From positions 288,001 to 352,000 of the forward strand of contig JAKFCY010000003.1 in the NCBI GenBank assembly GCA_036676395.1: a DNA stretch of 64,000 nt, in the 5' to 3' direction. The notes under the pieces were generated by a model, which was given only the letters and a program-made list of their open reading frames with translations, was not told where the DNA came from and searched no databases. This document shows, piece by piece, positions 62,000-64,000 of this stretch (position 1 is its first letter; each line of letters starts with the position of its first letter). Both the position numbers and the translations under genes were made by a program. The stretch is from Bdellovibrio sp. (GTDB taxonomy: Bacteria > Bdellovibrionota > Bdellovibrionia > Bdellovibrionales > Bdellovibrionaceae).

Positions 62000-62628
62000 A
62001 CTGGGCGGCATTCTCAATTGTTTTGCGCGAAAGCTTAGAAGCTTTATTAATCATTGGTATTTTAACATCGGTATTAAAAAAAGATCAGAACACGACTAAG
62101 AAACACTGGATGTTTTTAATTTTCGGCGTACTTGCAGGCGTTTTTGTAAGTTTAGCTTTAGGAATGTCGATCATGTTCTTGCCAGACGCAGTTCCAGAAT
62201 CTGCAATGAACTATATTGATGTTGGATTTCCATTAGTTGCGGGTTTAATGATTATTCATGTTATGTGGTGGATGCATAAAAATGCCAAGACAGTTAAATC
62301 TGACTTAACTGAAAAAGTAGAAAATGCTTTAAGCAAACAAAGCCTTATCAGCTTATTGTTAATCAGTTTTTTGGCCGTGGCCCGTGAAGGTTTAGAAACT
62401 GTTTTATTCTTAAGCGGTGAGCTCATCGAAGCAACTTCAGACAAATTATTAAATCTAGGTGGTCAAATCGCTTTGGCTGTTATCGTTTCTTACGTCATTT
62501 ATTTTATTTTGCAGAAGTCTTTAGGAAGTTTACATTTCAAATGGTTTTTCAGAGTAACGAACGTCTTGTTATTTGCAGCGGCAGTTCAATTACTTTATAC
62601 GGCCTATAATAAATATCAGTATATCTAA
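61996..62628 (+). CDS. FTR1-family iron permease (short form)
   Basis: Two RExxE motifs (LRESLE, AREGLE), multiple TMs. Confidence 0.88.
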   Translation: MNWAAFSIVLRESLEALLIIGILTSVLKKDQNTTKKHWMFLIFGVLAGVFVSLALGMSIMFLPDAVPESAMNYIDVGFPLVAGLMIIHVMWWMHKNAKTVKSDLTEKVENALSKQSLISLLLISFLAVAREGLETVLFLSGELIEATSDKLLNLGGQIALAVIVSYVIYFILQKSLGSLHFKWFFRVTNVLLFAAAVQLLYTAYNKYQYI

Positions 62629-63099
62629 TTAATAATCTAAGTTTTGATTCGAAGAATAAGCCACATGATTTGGGTTATTCTTTAGGTTTAAGCGTTGATT
62701 CTCAGATTCAAGAACGCGAACTAAGGTACGTAAATCAGAAATTTCTTCCTTTAACGCTACAATCTGTTCTTCTTTTTCTTGTAACACTTGGGTGTAGGCT
62801 TTTTTCAGATCCGTTAATAAACGGTTGGCTGCCGTAATCACTGACTCGCCTTGGGCGTTCTCTTGTTTGGCAAACTCAGCAGCAGAAGAATCACTTTTTA
62901 GGGAGGGGCGATGGGCTTCTGTACTGAACGTTTTATCTTCGACAATTGTTGTTGTTGTTGTAGCTGTTGGGTCTGTGTCGAAAATAAAATACTTGCCGTC
63001 ATCCAAGCGGTACTGAATGTCCTCAGCTTTAATCCGACGTCTTAACGTGGAAATACTCACTTTATGTTTCATTGAGTATTCAGCTAAAGGTAACCACAT
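62629..63099 (-). CDS. Hypothetical protein with N-terminal HTH-like region and C-terminal coiled coil
   Basis: LAEYSMKHKVSISTLRRRIK; LQEKEEQIVALKEEISDLRTL. Confidence 0.7.
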   Translation of the reverse strand: MWLPLAEYSMKHKVSISTLRRRIKAEDIQYRLDDGKYFIFDTDPTATTTTTIVEDKTFSTEAHRPSLKSDSSAAEFAKQENAQGESVITAANRLLTDLKKAYTQVLQEKEEQIVALKEEISDLRTLVRVLESENQRLNLKNNPNHVAYSSNQNLDY

Positions 63100-63303
63100 T
63101 CTATGTGCCTCCGGGTTGACTACTCAAGCCTAACACAGCCGAAAGGCTTGTCAAATAAGGATTCTAGACTTTTTTCAATCCAGACTTTTGACGTGGATAT
63201 CCAAAGATTTGCGTCATTTTTTGTGCAAAATGCGTGGATATCCACGACCAAGGTGTGGTTTAGGTGCCTTTACACTAGACCTTGATCGTGCTTAACTAGC
63301 CTT

Positions 63304-64000
63304 ATGTCTGTGAATATTCACGATAAAAAAAAGATTGCCCTGGTTCTTAGCGGTGGCGGAATAAAAGCTGCGGCATTTCATATTGGTGTATGTCTAGCGC
63401 TTAAAGAAAAGGGAATTGCCTTTGAGGGCGGAACTAAAGAATCGGTGCAAATTCGAAATACCAAGGGGCCAAAGATTCAAACCTATGTTGGCTCTAGCGC
63501 TGGGGCTTTTGTTAGCTCGGTTTTGGCTTCTGGCAGGTCAATCGAGTCTTTAATTACGGCCTTTCAAGTCGGCGCCGGCGATTCACCGTTTTACTCTTTG
63601 CCTGAAGACGAAGTGATTAAACCTATCGGTTACCGCCATATGTTTAATATTAACAGTGCCCGTTTACTTAGTTTTTTACCCGAAGCTCTGTTTAAAAAAT
63701 CGATCTTAACCGGTGGTTTAGAGGTCTTTTTAAAAGAGGGCTTTAAGTTAAACGGACTATTTAACACCAACGGTATCGAACGTTATTTACGTAAATATGT
63801 TTTAGACGAAAATGAGTTCTCACGCTTGGGCGTCGAGCTTTACATTGTTGCAACTCAGCTGAATCATTCACGCAAGGTTGTTTTTGGTAACTACTTAGAA
63901 AACAGAAAAGATTCTGAGGCTTTATATATTGGTTCATCTAAGGTTTCGGAAGCCGTGGCCGCTTCAACCGCCCTACCGCCAGTATTTGCACCGTATCCGA
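63304..64000 (+). CDS. Patatin-like phospholipase (runs off window end)
   Basis: Manual translation MSVNIHDKKKIALVLSGGGIKAAAFHIGV...YVGSSAG. Confidence 0.9.
   Translation, partial: MSVNIHDKKKIALVLSGGGIKAAAFHIGVCLALKEKGIAFEGGTKESVQIRNTKGPKIQTYVGSSAGAFVSSVLASGRSIESLITAFQVGAGDSPFYSLPEDEVIKPIGYRHMFNINSARLLSFLPEALFKKSILTGGLEVFLKEGFKLNGLFNTNGIERYLRKYVLDENEFSRLGVELYIVATQLNHSRKVVFGNYLENRKDSEALYIGSSKVSEAVAASTALPPVFAPYP

Noticed and set aside
62944..62962. (TTG)n microsatellite
   Set aside because: Encodes a Thr run in a linker; a triplet repeat gives no phase variation
30252..63246. Scattered DnaA-box-like 9-mers (about 30253, 51307, 63192-63246) as a replication origin
   Set aside because: Mismatched, not clustered, and no dnaA/dnaN/gidA context
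2604..63285. Numerous 60-130 aa antisense or alternate-frame ORFs (e.g. 11145..11525, 36665..37006, 54600..54983, 52418..52663, 63103..63285)
   Set aside because: They are shadows of well-supported genes or lie in regulatory regions, and show no recognisable motifs

Overview
AT-rich, densely packed bacterial chromosomal window. Gene content suggests a predatory Bdellovibrionota (Bdellovibrio/Pseudobdellovibrio-like); this is an inference, not a database result. Most of it is core genome: ndk, an RlmD-like methyltransferase, pilF, rodZ, nadE, rimO, lolA, comF, rlmH, a nadD-rsfS fusion, obgE, rpmA, rplU, rng, pilT, deoC-pdp-punA, asnS, an acyl-CoA carboxylase trio, tatBC, cpaF, an M16 peptidase, hemW-grpE-dnaJ, two dksA paralogs, lon, an iron-uptake operon and a partial patatin. 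The best candidate for an undescribed system is a ~2.6 kb cassette after the lon terminator (55080-57651). It has an HTH gene divergent across a 19/20-bp inverted repeat from a stand-alone ASCH gene and a four-domain PIN-GNAT-PUA/ASCH-like-ASCH gene, a possible acetylation writer/reader/eraser plus RNase conflict system. Also notable: a putative lipid-transport locus (MMPL fused to a LolA-like domain, a BPI/TULIP-like protein and an outer-membrane barrel), a secreted PLA2-like protein, several sigma28-type promoters, a Zn-free/Zn-finger DksA pair, and a covarying tandem hairpin over the obgE ribosome-binding site. No rRNA, tRNA, CRISPR array or transposase was recognised.
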